NCBI RefSeq assembly: GCF_009914755.1
Contig: NC_060936.1
DNA: 64,000 nt
Origin: the human T2T-CHM13v2.0 reference genome, Homo sapiens
Strand: one strand, 5' to 3'
Shown: piece after piece, positions 14,172 through 29,019 of the stretch
Numbering within the stretch: position 1 is the stretch's first letter
Layout: every line of letters starts with the position of its first letter
Position numbers and translations under genes: made by a program
The notes under the pieces: generated by a model
Told to the model about the DNA's origin: nothing
The model's database searches: none
The model's input: only the letters and a program-made list of their open reading frames with translations

Positions 14172-14278
14172 AAAAAAGAAAGAAAGAAACAAAAGGAAGG
14201 AAGGAAGGAAGGAAGGAAGGAAGGAAGGAAGAAAGGAAGGAAGGAAGGAAGGAAGGAAAGAAGGAAGGAAGGATGGAT
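14172..14278 (+). repeat. (GAAA)/(GGAA)n microsatellite derived from an Alu tail
   Basis: (GGAA)9 GAAA (GGAA)6 AGAA (GGAA)2 (GGAT)2 read directly. Confidence 0.97.
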
Positions 14279-14509
14279 CACCTAAACAAGGTGGGTGGGA
14301 TGAAAAACATTGGCTTTTTTCAGTCTTCAGTGATATCTTTTCTCTTTTCCTTCAAAACTTCTCTTCCTATGTTCCTTATGCCTTTTATTCCACAGGACTA
14401 GAAAGCAAGTGCTGATGTTACTTTCTATCTGTCTGTCTGCCCTTTTGTCATTGTTCTCATTCAGGCTCTTGGTATTCTTCAAGAGAACTATTAAACTCTG
14501 TGCTTTTTA

Positions 14510-14811
14510 GGCCAGGCACGGTGGCTTCTGTCTGTAATCCCAGCACTTTGGGAGGCCAAGGCCAGCGGATTGCTTGAGCCCAGGAGTTCGAGACCAGACT
14601 GGCCAACATGGCAAAACCCCGTCTCTACGAAAAACACATAAATTAACCAGGCATAGTGGTGCACACCTGTAATCCCAGCTACTCTGGTGGCTGAAGCACC
14701 TGAATCGCTTGAACCTGTGAGGCAGAGAGTGCAGTGAGCGGAAATGACTCCACTGTACTCCAGCCAGGGTGACAGAGGCAGACTCAAAAACAAATGAACA
14801 AACAAACAAAC
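14510..14811 (+). mobile_element. Alu (old S/Jb type), full length
   Basis: Full dimer with (CAAA)n tail; TSD core 'tgtgcttt'. Confidence 0.95.
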
Positions 14812-15219
14812 AGCTTTGTGCTTTCCACTTTCACTCTTGCTTCCATTCCCCAATTTATGAACTATTTTGCTACCAGAATTATCTATCTAAAATCTGAATC
14901 TGATCTGATTACTTCCTCTTTTATTACCTTTCAATACTGCTCTCAGGTAAATGATCACCCGCCCCAGACTTAGCTCCAATGACTCCATGCCTCACAATGA
15001 ATAATCACAGCGAGTTATATGGCCCTCCATCATGAGTCCACACCACCTTTGGTGTGTATCCTCCTACCATATTATGCCATTCGTTAAGAAGCAGGGATTT
15101 GTTTTTTAATGAGCTTCTTTCTCTGTCTCTTGCAAATGTGAACCGGCCCTGGAATTTTTCATAAGCCCCTCTAGGGAAATGCTTTAAGGGGAAAAAAGAG
15201 GGGTTAGCACTATCTATAG

Positions 15220-15420
15220 GCACTTGCTGTGTGTGAACTTCTTTACATGACTTTGCTTAAGACCTCACAGCCACTTCATGGCCCAGGTATAGTTTTTATT
15301 TTGTGAATAAAAAGACTAGAGCTCAGAGAGTCTATCTACATTGTCAGAGATGATACCTTTGTCTAAAAAGTAAAGCCTAGAATCAACCATTTGATTTCTA
15401 GAATAAAAATCTTTGCACAG
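15220..15420 (-). mobile_element. MIR SINE
   Basis: 'gcacttgctgtgtgt...tttacatga...cctcacagcc...gactagagctcagagag'. Confidence 0.5.
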
Positions 15421-16395
15421 TACCTCACCCAGGTTCTAGAACTGTGATATGGGCCAGGAGCTGCCATTGGGCACATTAGGTTAGTGTATCCTCCTGTGAT
15501 TTAATCACAACACAAAATAGATTTTGGTCTTTGAGGATTTCCACAATGACTTCTCACTACCCCCACAGGCCACAATGGGCCAATAGCCTCCACACTTTGT
15601 ACTTTGATATTTTTGCTCAAAGGTGCACTAAATCCCAGTAGAGCCCCTCTACATGAATCTTGGGCTAGATCCTGTGCGGGTCCACATTCACAGGGCAACC
15701 CACTCGGAGTAGTAGGCTCCAATTCACAAGTCAAACACATATCACGGGAAATATCAGTAAATTGTACAAATTTCAGGATCCAGAGAAAACAACGTATGAT
15801 CCTTTGAAAATCATTTTTTGAAAAATGCAATGTATATAACTTCAAAACTTTATGCAGAGTATTTGGCTAAAAAATATATGGACAGTAGATTTAATTTATA
15901 ATGTTAAGACAGCTTTATTTATTCATTGTTTTGAGAATGGACATGAATACTTTGACATGAAGATGGCCAGGACATGGCAAAATGAGGTTAGACAGAGAAA
16001 AAGCACTGTGCCCATGCCTTTGTCAAATGTAGGATCCACCATGTTGCTTTTGCAAAACGAGGTTAGAAGGCAAAAATGAGGTTAGAAGGACAGAGAAAAA
16101 GCATTGTGCCCATTGCTTTGCCAAACGTACTTGAAAAAGAAGAGAATTTCCCAAGGCCCATATCTCTATGATAGAAATCTATGAGTTTGGGAAAGAGTTA
16201 CGTGAGTAAAGATCATAGTTATCTAGCAGGAAAACTACTTGTCACCAAAAATAAATAAATAAACAAACAAACAAACAAATAAATAAATAAATACAGGTAT
16301 ATCCAAACAAAAACATTGTGTTTTAGTCTATTAAGGAGAATTTCAATGAAAGTTTATGATTGATTGGTTGTCATAATGGAAAATAGTTTCCCTGA

Positions 16396-16765
<370 letters not shown>

Positions 16766-17291
16766 TAACATTCTCCTCTAATCCCTTGTACCTAAAAATT
16801 ACAAAGTTTGTGACACATAACTTGGAAATTTTAAAATTCTATGGGTACTAGTACTGTTACATTTATTTTAGAACTGAAATGGAGTTTCCCAGAGACTCCG
16901 TGTGTTTCACAGTAAATAATGTGTTAAACAAAATAACCAGTCAGAATATATTCAGCCAGATTTCATGCAGGTCTGGGGTGAATTTTAAATTTTTCTCATC
17001 TCTAGCTTATTTAATTTTCTAGTATTTGACCTTCCTAAAAGCAGGCAACTGTTAACTTAATGCTAATGGTGAAAGCGAAAGCAACATGGTGGATCCTTCA
17101 TTTTATTCTACTTCACTGCCAATTTGTGTAACTGGGAAGGACGTAAGTTTTTGCTCTCTGAAAAAAGAATGTATTTATCACATCTCCTCCCTTGCACAGA
17201 ATGAGCAAGAATTTATATTGGGAATAAAAGGATAGTAGCTGTTTCTTTCACTTGCTACTTCAGTGGAAGACAGTAGGCAGGTAAAATCTTT

Positions 17292-17413
17292 TATATATAT
17301 ATACAATTATATATATAATATATATTATATATATATAAAATTATATATATATAATATATATTATATATATAAAATTATATATACAATATATATTATATAT
17401 ATATATATATATA
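17292..17413. repeat. Interrupted (TA)n tract at an Alu tail
   Basis: About 120 bp of almost pure A/T dinucleotide repeat. Confidence 0.95.
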
Positions 17414-17701
<288 letters not shown>

Positions 17702-20700
17702 GCATGTAATAAAAAAACTTACCAACTTCAATATACTCACAATTCTTATTTATATACAAACTACTTGCAATATGTTTTTCTTCTAGTGTGACTTGAGATT
17801 CTCTTTCATTGATAGGACTTAATAATCACAAAAATTAAGTCACATATTTTGAATTATTTCAAATATGTGGGAGGACAAGTATATGTAGAGGGGAAGAACT
17901 TCTAAAGTTGATATTTTATAATACTCAATGAAATGATTCACACACACATATATAATACATAAACGTCCATATTAGTAGAATATTTCCATATATCTTATAC
18001 AGATGTTGAGCTATTTATTGACATGTGTGTGGAGAGGACTAAGACAAGTTTCCTGGTTAACTATGTTGATATTGGGCTATTCCTATACATAGTAATATTG
18101 CAGAAGAAAAGTGGGGAATAGAGGTGGCAGATGGCCAATTATAATACCAAATTTACATAATAAGGACAGGATTTGATTGGCCAGCAATGTAGCACACAGT
18201 CTTTTGTAGCATATTATATTATGTTAACATTAAGATAAATGTATGACAAATAAAAAATTAAATGATTTAAATAATTTGTGTCCAAGTCAGCATTAAAATA
18301 CGGTTGCCTTTAATAAAATACTATTTTATGATCCACTCACACAGACTTTCTGTATCCAAATCATCCAGAAGATACCAACTCTTCTTATGGAACAAATCAA
18401 TTTTAAACTCTTTCTTACAAAATTTATAATAAAATAAAGCTATCAGAATAATGGTATAAATTATTAGATAACTATGAATATATATAGATATTTCATTACA
18501 GGTAGAGGCAGTTTGTGGGGACTTTAAACACAGAGATATTAGAAGTCCAGGACAGGATTTTTGTATTTAGAGAAATGTTTGTTTTATGTGTGTGTTTTTT
18601 TTTTATGATGGGAATAGGAGGAAAGTACTCAATAGACTAGGACCTCTAATATGAAATTTACCAGCAGTGTAAATAACTATTCCCAGAACAACTTTAGATC
18701 TAGAATTTAATGTCATATCATAAGAGCTTCTTTACTTTTGTAGGCATGTTATTATTTCCCCATATGTTGAACTTTCATATAGTCAGTTTCTTTTAGGAAG
18801 AATAATGCTATATTGTGTTATTTATATGTCAGAGGGAGATGGATACATTTAACTGATATTATGGAATAGATATATAATCACTATTGTCACCTATTTTAAT
18901 GTACTTTTAAAAGAAAATCAATTTTATTATTTATAACATACATGAGTGCATTCTCTATTTCAAATCTGTAACATTGTGTGTGACCATTTACTATTATTCT
19001 GGTTATCTAAATTAATTTTAAAAATTCATCATCATATATATAGTTACTTATTTGCCTTTGTTTCTTTGCTGAGCATATATATATATAATATTTTTGAAAG
19101 AGCTGAATTTAGATTTTTATTATGCTTTTGCTACCACTGTCTTGAATTTTATTTGTAGAGTACAAATATGAAGTCCTAAATGAGCTTGAATTAAGTTACA
19201 CTATGTTTTTCATTAAATAGATTTTTTAAAAGAATAGGCTTTGGGGAGACAATAAATATACAATATTATAAAATTGTATTTTGCTTTTAACTTGAAATAA
19301 AAGTTTAATCCTGAATGGTGGAAATGGTACCTGAAATTTTTCCCTCAATGTTTTAACAGATGAGACTCTTATCTGTTATAAATTCTGGATTGTGGTTGTC
19401 ACCAATTTTGTGAAAGAAAAAAGAGCATTGCATTAGCCAATGATTCTTTGTCAAGTTACACTATAAAGTATTATTGCATTTTGCAACCATTCACTGATAT
19501 TAAAAGCTGGGATTTTAAAGAAAAGCTTTAGATTCAGGGCCACCAAACTTAAGGATTATCAAATTTGGGGACATTGTATGAGAGAAGCCCAGGTAGGCAG
19601 TTTCTTTCTATTCTCATTCTTACCTTGAGGAAAAAAATTTAGTCATTAATATGCAAATATTCCCCTGACTTTATTTTATTTTTAACTTATTTCTAGGTTC
19701 CCTGTTTTTCTCTGGGATTAAACTCTATATTAATAAGTTTTTATGCTTTATTAAACTATTTATTATTGAAACTATATTAATACATTTAATATGAAAAATT
19801 AAAGTCAAAATCTCTTCAACTGAACTAGAGAGCTGATTTGAATATCTAGCTATTCAGGAAACACACATACACACAAATCACATTTTACTTAAAAAAACCT
19901 AATACATTTTTGCAGTTGTTTGTTTTTTATATTTTGGTCTTGAACAATTTAAAGTCTGTTGATTTATTTGTTATACTAGTTGGTAGACTGATCATTCAGG
20001 CCACAACTTATTCTAAGCATCCTTAAATAAGATTTATCAAGAACAACCATGGATATAAAAGTAGAAGTATTTTTTTTCCCTTAAGGGATTTCAAATCTAG
20101 CTGTAGAGAAAAGTATTACATATGGAAACCAAGAAGAACTATTTTGGGCGATGGTGCCCCAAACACAGCTTCTTCTAAAGGAAACATCACTGGGCTAGCC
20201 CCTGATGGGGGCTGCTTCTTCCCAGGCTGCCATCTTCTGAATCAGGAATGGTTGGAATGAAGGAATTCTTGATCTTAGAGAAGCCAAATCACAGATTTGC
20301 CAGCAGCCAGTTAGCTAGAATAAAGGATGAGTAAAGCTAAGCAGATACATTTTTGAGTAATCAGGTTAATGCCTCAGGAATCAACTTAGCTAATCAGATT
20401 TGCTACTCCAAACAGGCCATGAAAGCTGAGTTTAGACTAAGGTGCCTGTGTGGGACCACATCAAAAGTCAAGTTTTGAAGTGGCACAGAGCTAAAATAAA
20501 CCAAAAGAGGCGGTTGATACTGGAGAACAAGAAACACTTGTGAGGAGTATGGCTGTTAAGTATGATAGAGCACCAAGAAAAAGGTGATTGAATTCTTGTT
20601 TCTAAAGTAGCCAGGGCTAACTAAAATTCAGAAACACCCTTTAGCTCCAGCCTCTGGGACGGGCTTTCTGAATACGCTTTAAAAAAAATCTGAGTTTGAC

Positions 20701-20783
20701 AAATGAGAAATTTTGTACAGGTTATTTTTTGGTGAATGTAGAAAGCAGGCTTCAGGATTTAATTTTTAAACCCGTTTCTTAAG

Positions 20784-20997
20784 TCATTGGTCAACAAACA
20801 TTTTCTGTCAAAGGCCAGATGGTATTTTTTTGGCATGGTAGGTAGTGCAATCATTGTCACAGCTACTCCACCCTACTGTTGTAGTGAAAATTATTCTTTT
20901 TAAATATTTTTAACCACTAAATGTATATAAGTCATTCAGCCCTAACAAAATCAACCAGCAAATTCAATTTAAACCACGCATCATAGTTTGCCTGACT
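20784..20997 (+). mobile_element. MER58 hAT-Charlie MITE
   Basis: 'ggtcaacaaacattttctgtcaaaggccagatggta...cagctactccaccctactgttgtag...catagtttgcc'. Confidence 0.75.
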
Positions 20998-21004
20998 TAA
21001 AAGC

Positions 21005-21155
21005 ACGAGTCTGGAATTCCAGATTTCTCTACTCAGCACTCATTCACAACTAGGTGACGCTGCACAGGTGGCATTCCTTCTGGGCCTTGATTTTCTTCTT
21101 TACAGTGGGACAACTGGATTATATGAGCTTACAGACCCCTATCCCTCTAAATGCT
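21005..21155 (+). mobile_element. MIR/MIR3 fragment
   Basis: 'gtgacgctgcacagg...ttctgggccttgattttcttc...ctggattatatgagct'. Confidence 0.45.
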
Positions 21156-21164
21156 AAACTTATT

Positions 21165-21530
21165 TTCTCTCTCTCTTTCTCCCTCTCTATATATAGAGAG
21201 ATATCTAGCTATCTATATATATACAGATGTATATACAATATATAATATTTATCTATATGTAGATATCTAGCTATCTATCTCTATATAAATATATATTTCC
21301 TCTCTATATGTCTATATATAATATATAATGTTTATATATAGATATCTAGCTATCTGTATATAGACATACATAAAATATATATAAAATATATAAAATTTCT
21401 CTCTCATAGAGATATCTAGCTATCTATATATAGATATGTATAAAATATACATATTTATTTACATATAGATGTATAAATATCAATATTTATAGAAACATAA
21501 ATATACATATTTATTTACATATATATATAT
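21165..21530. repeat. TA-rich low-complexity minisatellite
   Basis: Four copies of 'agatatctagctatct' at 21199, 21261, 21340 and 21410 in (TA)-rich spacers. Confidence 0.9.
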
Positions 21531-21762
21531 TTTTGAGACCTGATCTCAGGATCTCATTCTGTCACCCGGGCTGGAGGGCAGTGGTGTAATCAGGTATACA
21601 TCACCACATCTGGCTAAATTTTTTTGTTGTTGTTGTATTTTTTGTAGAGATGGGGTTTTGATCTGTTGCTCAGGCTGGTCTCAAACCCCCAAGTTCAAGC
21701 AATCTGCCTGCCTCGGCTTCCCAGAGTTCTGGGATTACAGGAGTGAGCCACTGCACCTGACT
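21531..21762 (-). mobile_element. AluJ with ~70 bp deletion in the right monomer
   Basis: 'gtggtgtaatc' joins directly to 'aggtatacatcaccac'. Confidence 0.9.
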
Positions 21763-22570
21763 GTATATTTTGGTTAAATCATTATAAAAGTTTATTTATT
21801 TTATGCTTTAAAACTTATATCCCCATATTCTATGTTAATGTCTATAAAAATCTACTCTTTTTTGTCATTATGAAATAAATGGAAACATAAACAAAAATTT
21901 ATCCAGCCAAGATATTTTGTAAGCATAAAATGTATTTATGTCTATTTTACAAAGCAGGTCCTGGCCTCTGTTTTCATTATCTCTAGGTTTAAGTAGTGAT
22001 CTTCTGATAGTAAGTCTTCCAGTTTCTGTTCATTATTTGTAGTTCTGCATGAAGTGTGCTCATCAACTGATTTTTTAGGGGGTAGGGATGTCAAAGCTTC
22101 ATAATTTCTATGTTTATTCAGGTACCCACTGTGGATACCAAAAACCAGAAAGTAATTAGGATTTAAAGACTTCCATCAGTTTTTTTGGGGGGTGGTGAGG
22201 GGAAGTTTTTCATTATTGTAAGAGCAAGTTGAGTGCCAAAGATAGAAAGATAGTTAATATTTTTAAAGCTTTCTGTGTAGTTTTCACTTCTGTTTTTCTG
22301 TTATTATAGTTTACAACATGTAGAGAACTGAGAGTGACTGAGAGTACTGAGAATTTAACCTTGAGGAGTGCTTAACACATGATTTCTTTTCAAAACTAGA
22401 CCGTTACAGTCACAAGTCCAACTTATGCCACGGTTTGAAATCTCAATTTCATATTCTTTCTGTATTTTTATTTTCATCCCAACTATAAAATATACTATGC
22501 TTCTCTATTTTCACTCTAAATTATAAACATTTCTTAGTATTATTCTATGTTTTATTTAAAAAGCAACCTG

Positions 22571-22847
22571 GGCTGGGCACGGTGGCTCACACTTGTAATT
22601 CCAGCACTTTGGGAGGCCAAAGCCGGCGGATCACCTGATGTCAGTCAGGAGTTCGAGACCAGCCTGGCCAACACGGTGAAACTCCGTCTCTATTAAAAAT
22701 ACAAATATTAGTTGGGTGTGGTGGCATGCACCTGTAATTCCAGCTACTTGGGAGGCTGAGGCAGGAGAATTGCTTCAACCCTGGAGGCAGACCATTGCAC
22801 TCCAGCCTGGGCAACAAGAGCTAAACTCCGTCTCAAAAAAAAAAAAA
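22571..22847 (+). mobile_element. AluSq/Sp-like with short internal deletion
   Basis: 'gcaacaagagctaaactcc' diagnostic; TSD 'aaaaagcaacctgg'. Confidence 0.95.
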
Positions 22848-23380
22848 GCAACCTGGAAAACAGAAATTATTATGCTAACATTCAAAATGTAAATGTGTTC
22901 TCACTTCAGAGATTAAGGAAACTGGTTGGAATTTGTTTTGTAGGCTTCCGAAAGGCACTTACCTTCAGTCAGAATTGACTAGATCAAGGAACATTGTGAC
23001 ATAGATGAAGTTAAACCTGAGCATTTTGTTAAACACCCAATACCTTTTAGAGCCATAGGTCTCCGCATTGGGTACACATTCACCTCTCTTTTCCTTGCAG
23101 GACTCAAGCCCCAGAGCTTTTCTGTCTTCCTTTTCTCTTTCTGATTCCACTCCTCACACCCTGTTCTGCTCTACATTAATCTAATAACCTAAGGACTATA
23201 TGTGTCAACATTTGTATTAGAATAGGAACTTTTTCAGAATCCAGTGGCTATCTCCAAAGTGAGTAGAGGTGATATCCAAGGTAGGTGGCCTTAAGCCCAA
23301 ACCTACTCTGCCTATACCTAGGAGTAGCTCTGTTGGGTCCACATTACAATATTTTATTTTTACTTTATCCAAAAATCAAC

Positions 23381-23800
23381 TTCATTCATTCATAAAAAAG
23401 AATTATATGAAGATCTTTTATAAAACAAACTAGGGAGTCCTCAATATTAGTGTGAAAATGAAAAAGACAGGATATTCTCAGTATTAAAATCTTTCTTGCC
23501 CCCATGATGTGCTGAGCACTATATTAGAGAATTCACTAAAAAGTAAATTATGGTCTGTGCTTTCCAGTCACCGGCTGTTTGATAGGAAATGCAGATACAA
23601 GTAAATAATTGCAATAAGATATTTAAAATGCTGTAATTCGAGGTACTAGATACACAGATGACACAAAGACAGAAGTGGTTAACTCTGTTGGTTGGGGCAG
23701 ACAAGACTTCATAGGAGACCACTGAGTTAGATTTTGAAAAATTAACTTTACAGATGAAGAAAGTAATGAGGAGTTTTGTGCCAAGACGTGGTGGCATGAA
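23381..23800 (-). mobile_element. L2 3' region
   Basis: 'ttcattcattca' tail followed by decayed L2 antisense sequence. Confidence 0.6.
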
Positions 23801-24330
23801 ACACATTTGCCTTCTATTTTGAATAAAGAACTAGTCTTGCGAAGACTTGAAGTCAATAGAAAATCCATTTTCACGAAGGTAGTAGCTACCTCCAATATTC
23901 AGGGGATAGTGGCACTGAATCAAGCTTCAATACACAGCCGTCAGTGGCATTGATAATGTGCAGTGATATACTTATTGGATCAATTAAATTGTATAATCAC
24001 AGTTACTGTTCTGTCTATAGTTTCATTTTGTCCTAACATTTATAGAGCCTCACTCCAACCTTCCAGATTATTCCCCTAGTTATCCAATTTCCTTTCAATA
24101 GTGTGTTTCATTTTTCTTAACATAGCAACTGTTAGTTTCTGATGTACCTAGATACCCTGGCTCTTGCAGCAGTAAAGAACAGGAGTCTTGAATTTTGTGG
24201 TCATTTTTTGCAGAGGTGGAACAGTTCAGAGTGATGTGCTTTTGTGTACTGCACTAAAAGAGAGTTTAGTAGAGACACTGGGATTGAGGAGGTCTGTGGG
24301 ACTAGGGTTTTGGGTAAATTATTCATATGA

Positions 24331-24688
<358 letters not shown>

Positions 24689-24724
24689 GAGGTTTGGTGT
24701 TTTTAATGAATTTGGGTATTTGGC

Positions 24725-25414
<690 letters not shown>

Positions 25415-25492
25415 TTCTGCTGCAGCCCCTCCCAAATCTCATGTCCTCATATTTCAAAACCAATCATGCCTTCCCAACGGTCCTCCAAAGTA

Positions 25493-25790
25493 TTTTTTTT
25501 TTTTTTTTTGAGACAGAGTCTCTCTGTGGCCTAGGCTGGAGTGCAGTGACACGTGATCTTGGCTCACTGCAACCTCTGCTTGCTGGGTTCAAGCAATTCT
25601 CCTGCCTCAGCCTCCTGAGTAGCTGGCACTACAGGTGCATGCCACCATGCACAGCTAAAGTTTTGTATTTTTAGTGGAGACAGGGTTTCACCATGTTGGC
25701 CAGGCTGGTCTCGAACTCTTGACCTTGTGATCCGCCTGCCTTGGCCTCCCAAAGTGCCGGGATTATAGGTGTGAGCCACCGCGCCCGGCC
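25493..25790 (-). mobile_element. AluSg-like inside THE1-int
   Basis: 'gaccttgtgatcc' 2-nt deletion form; TSD 'ccaaagt(a/c)tt'. Confidence 0.95.
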
Positions 25791-27331
25791 CCAAAGTCTT
25801 AACTCACTTCAGCATTAACTCAAAAGTCTACATTCCAAAGTCTTATCAGAGACAAGGCAAGTCCCTTCCACCTATGAGCCTTTAAAATCAAAAGCAAGTC
25901 AGTTACTTCTCCAATACAATGGAGGTACAGGCATTGGGTAAATATATCCATTCCAAATGGGAGAAATTGGCCAAAACAAAGGGGCTACAGGCTCCATGCA
26001 AGTCTGAAATCCAATAGGGCAGTCATTAAAACTTAAAGTTCCAAAATGATCTCCTTTGACTCCATGTCTCACATCCAGGGCATGCTGATGCAAGAGGTGG
26101 GCTCCCATGAGCTTGGGAAGCTCTGCCTCTGTGGCTTAGCAGGGTACAGCTCCCGTCCTGGCTGCTTTCATGGGCTTGCATTGAGTGTCTGCAGCTTTTC
26201 CAGGCCCATGGTACAAGCTGTCAGTGGATCTACCATTCTGGGGTCTGGAAGACCATGGCCCTCTTCTCACAGCTCCACTAGGCAGTGTACCAGTGGGGAC
26301 TCTGTGTGGGGGCTCCCACTGTACATTTCACTTCCAACTGCCCTAGCAGAGATTCTCCATGAGGGCTCTGCCCTTGCGGTAAACTTTTGCCTGTATATCC
26401 AGGTGTTTCCATACATCCTCTGAAATCTAGGAGGAGGTTCACAAACCTCAATTCTCGATTTCTGTGCATGCTCAGGCTCAACACCACATGGAAGCCCCCA
26501 AGTGTTGGGGTTTACACCCTCTGAAGCCACAGCCCGAGCTGTATCTTGTTTAGCCATGGCTGGAGCTGAAGCAGCTGGGATGCGGGGCACCAAGTCTCAA
26601 GGCTGCACACAGCAGTGGGGCCCTGGACCCAGCCCAGGAAGCCATTATTTCCTCCTAGGCTTCTGGGCCTGTGATAGGAGGGGCTGCCATGAAGGTCTCT
26701 GACATGCCCTGCAGACATTTTATGCATTGTCTTGGCTGTTAGCATTTGGCTCCTTGTTACTTATGCAGATTTCTGCAGCCAGCTTTAATTTCTCCCCAGA
26801 ACATGGGTTTTTCTTTCCTACTGCATCATCAGGCTGCAAATTTTTCAAACTATTATGCTCTGCGTCCTCTTGAACACTTTGCCACTTGGAAATTTTTTCC
26901 CCCAGATACCCTAAATCATCTCTCTTAAGTCCAATGTTCCACAGATCTCTAGGGCAGGGGCACATGCTACCATTCTCTTTGCATAGCAAGAGTTTCCTTT
27001 AATCCAGTTCTCAAGAAGTTCCTCATCTCCATCTGAGACTACCTTAGTATTGCATGCTTTGTCAGCCTGGACCTTATTTTCCATATCACAATCAGCACTT
27101 TGGTCACAGCCATTCCATTCAACAAGTCTCTAGGAAGTTCCAAACCTTCCCACATCTTCCTGTCTTCTGAGCTCTCCAAGTCTCTATGAAGTTCCAGACT
27201 TTCCCACATTTTCCTATCTACTTTGGAGCCCTCCAAACTGTTCCAATCTCTGCATGTTACCCAGTTCTAAAGTCGTTTCCACATTTTCAGGTGTCTTTAC
27301 AGCAGCACCCCACAACCTGGTACCAATTTAC

Positions 27332-28065
27332 TGCATTACTCTGTTCTCACACTGCTAATAAAGACATACCTGAGACTGGGTCATTTATAAAGGAAAGAGA
27401 TTTAATGGACTCACATTTCTATATGGCTGGGGAGGCCTCACAATCGTGGCAAAGATGAAGGAAGAGGAAAGGGACATATTACATGGTGGCAGGCAAGACA
27501 GCATTTGCAAGGGAACTCCCTTTTATTTTTTTATTTTATTTTATTTTATTTTATTTTAGTTTAGTTTAGTTTAGTTTAGTTTCGTTTCGTTTAGTTTCGT
27601 TTTTTGAGATGGATTCTTGCTCTGTCTCCCAGACTGGAGGGCAGTGGTGCAATCTTGGCTCACGGCAACCTCTGTCTCCCAGGTTCAAGGAATTCTCCTG
27701 CCTCAGCCTCCGAGTAGCTGGGACTACAGGCATGTGCCACCATACCTGGCTATTTTTATTTTCTTATTTTTAGTAGAGACAGGGTTTCACCATGTTGGTC
27801 AGACTGGTCTTAACCTCCTGACCTCACATAATCCACCCACCGTGGCCTCCCAAAGTGCCGGGATTACAGGCATGAGCCACCACACCCAGCTTCCCCCTTA
27901 TAAAACAGATCTTATGAAACTTACCACTATCATGAGAACTGCACTGGAAAGACTCACCCCCGTGATTCAATGACCCCCCCACCAGGTCCCTCCCACAATA
28001 TGTGGGAATTTTGGGAGCTACAATTCAAGATGAGATTTGGGTGGGGACACAGTCAAACTATATCA
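27332..28065 (-). mobile_element. THE1 5' LTR (split by AluS)
   Basis: Homologous to 24725-25414. Confidence 0.92.
27521..27891 (-). mobile_element. AluS with compound pentanucleotide tail
   Basis: Tail (TTTTA)n(TTTAG)n(TTTCG)n; TSD tccctttta/tccccctta. Confidence 0.95.
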
Positions 28066-28659
28066 ATGACCAAGAGGGTAATAAATGGCAGATAGAGATG
28101 TTGAGAGTATGTAGCCAGGTGTCATGGGCCTAAAAAAAAATTGCAAGTGAGTGACATTATGGTGTGAAAAGACAAAAATAGGAATTAAGATGACCATCTA
28201 CTCTCTTCCAAGCCCTCATGGTGTTTTGGACATTTGAGAAAGCTATAGAAAAGTATATGAATGATTTATGAAGATGTAGAAGATGCAGAAAAATTATTTA
28301 TAAGGAAATGGGATTCCAGAAGGCACAAAGGAAGAGTTGAAAAGGCAGCAATAGGGAATTAGTTGGTATGAAGTATAGAATTACATCAGATTAAGAAATA
28401 AAAGGTGATAGATTATAGAAAGGGACTTTACTTGGCCAGTGTCCTTGGACATCAAGGATGGGTAGCACGGCAGGCTAGAATTTTGAACAGAATTCTAGTA
28501 GAAGGATGTTTCTATGTTGGGACTAGGAGTCTATGAATGGTGAAGAGTTGGATTTGGAGCCTCTTACCAGTCAGCAGTGTTGCACACTGCTGTCTGGACA
28601 TCTTGAGAGAAAATTGGTAAATGTTTGTTTTGATTTTTCTGATTAGCTTAGGTTTGGGC

Positions 28660-28854
28660 CTGGCCTTCTCAACCTTGACACTATTGACGTTTTAGCCTGA
28701 TAATTCTTTGTTGTAAGAGGACTCTCTTTTGCATTATAGAACAAACAGCAACAAACCTGGCTTTACTCACTAGTTGCCAATGCACTATCCTCCCAGATGT
28801 GACAATCCCAGATGTCTCCAGACATTGCCAAATGTCCCAGGTTGAAAACCGGTG
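28660..28854 (-). mobile_element. MER20 hAT-Charlie element
   Basis: 'ttctcaaccttgacactattgac...taattctttgttgt...gtctccagacattgccaaatgtccc...ggttgaaaacc'. Confidence 0.9.
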
Positions 28855-29019
28855 GACTAAGCTCTTCTACAATTTTGTAGGGCAGGATGAAGTGGTACTA
28901 AATCTGAAATATTAATGACAGCTTTTATTAAAACTTCTTGGCTTAGGCAAGGAATTGTGCATTGGAGTAGTAATATTCCAAAGCTAAATATTCCAGTTAC
29001 TGAAAATTACTTTTCAGGA

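Noticed and set aside
20140-20680. Possible ancient ERVL-type LTR
   Set aside because: Slightly GC-richer with weak LTR-like motifs, but I could not assign termini or a family
21199-21425. CRISPR-like array of 16-bp repeats with spacers
   Set aside because: Spacers are related TA low-complexity sequence of uneven length, the context is primate DNA and there are no cas genes
22957-23105. Perfect minus-strand donor (AAG|GTAAGT) and strong plus-strand acceptor
   Set aside because: They are on opposite strands, lack convincing partner sites and the adjacent frames are closed
27123-27235. About 55-bp tandem duplication inside THE1-int
   Set aside because: I recall it as a shared feature of a subset of THE1 internal sequences, so it is probably inherited from the source element and not locus-specific
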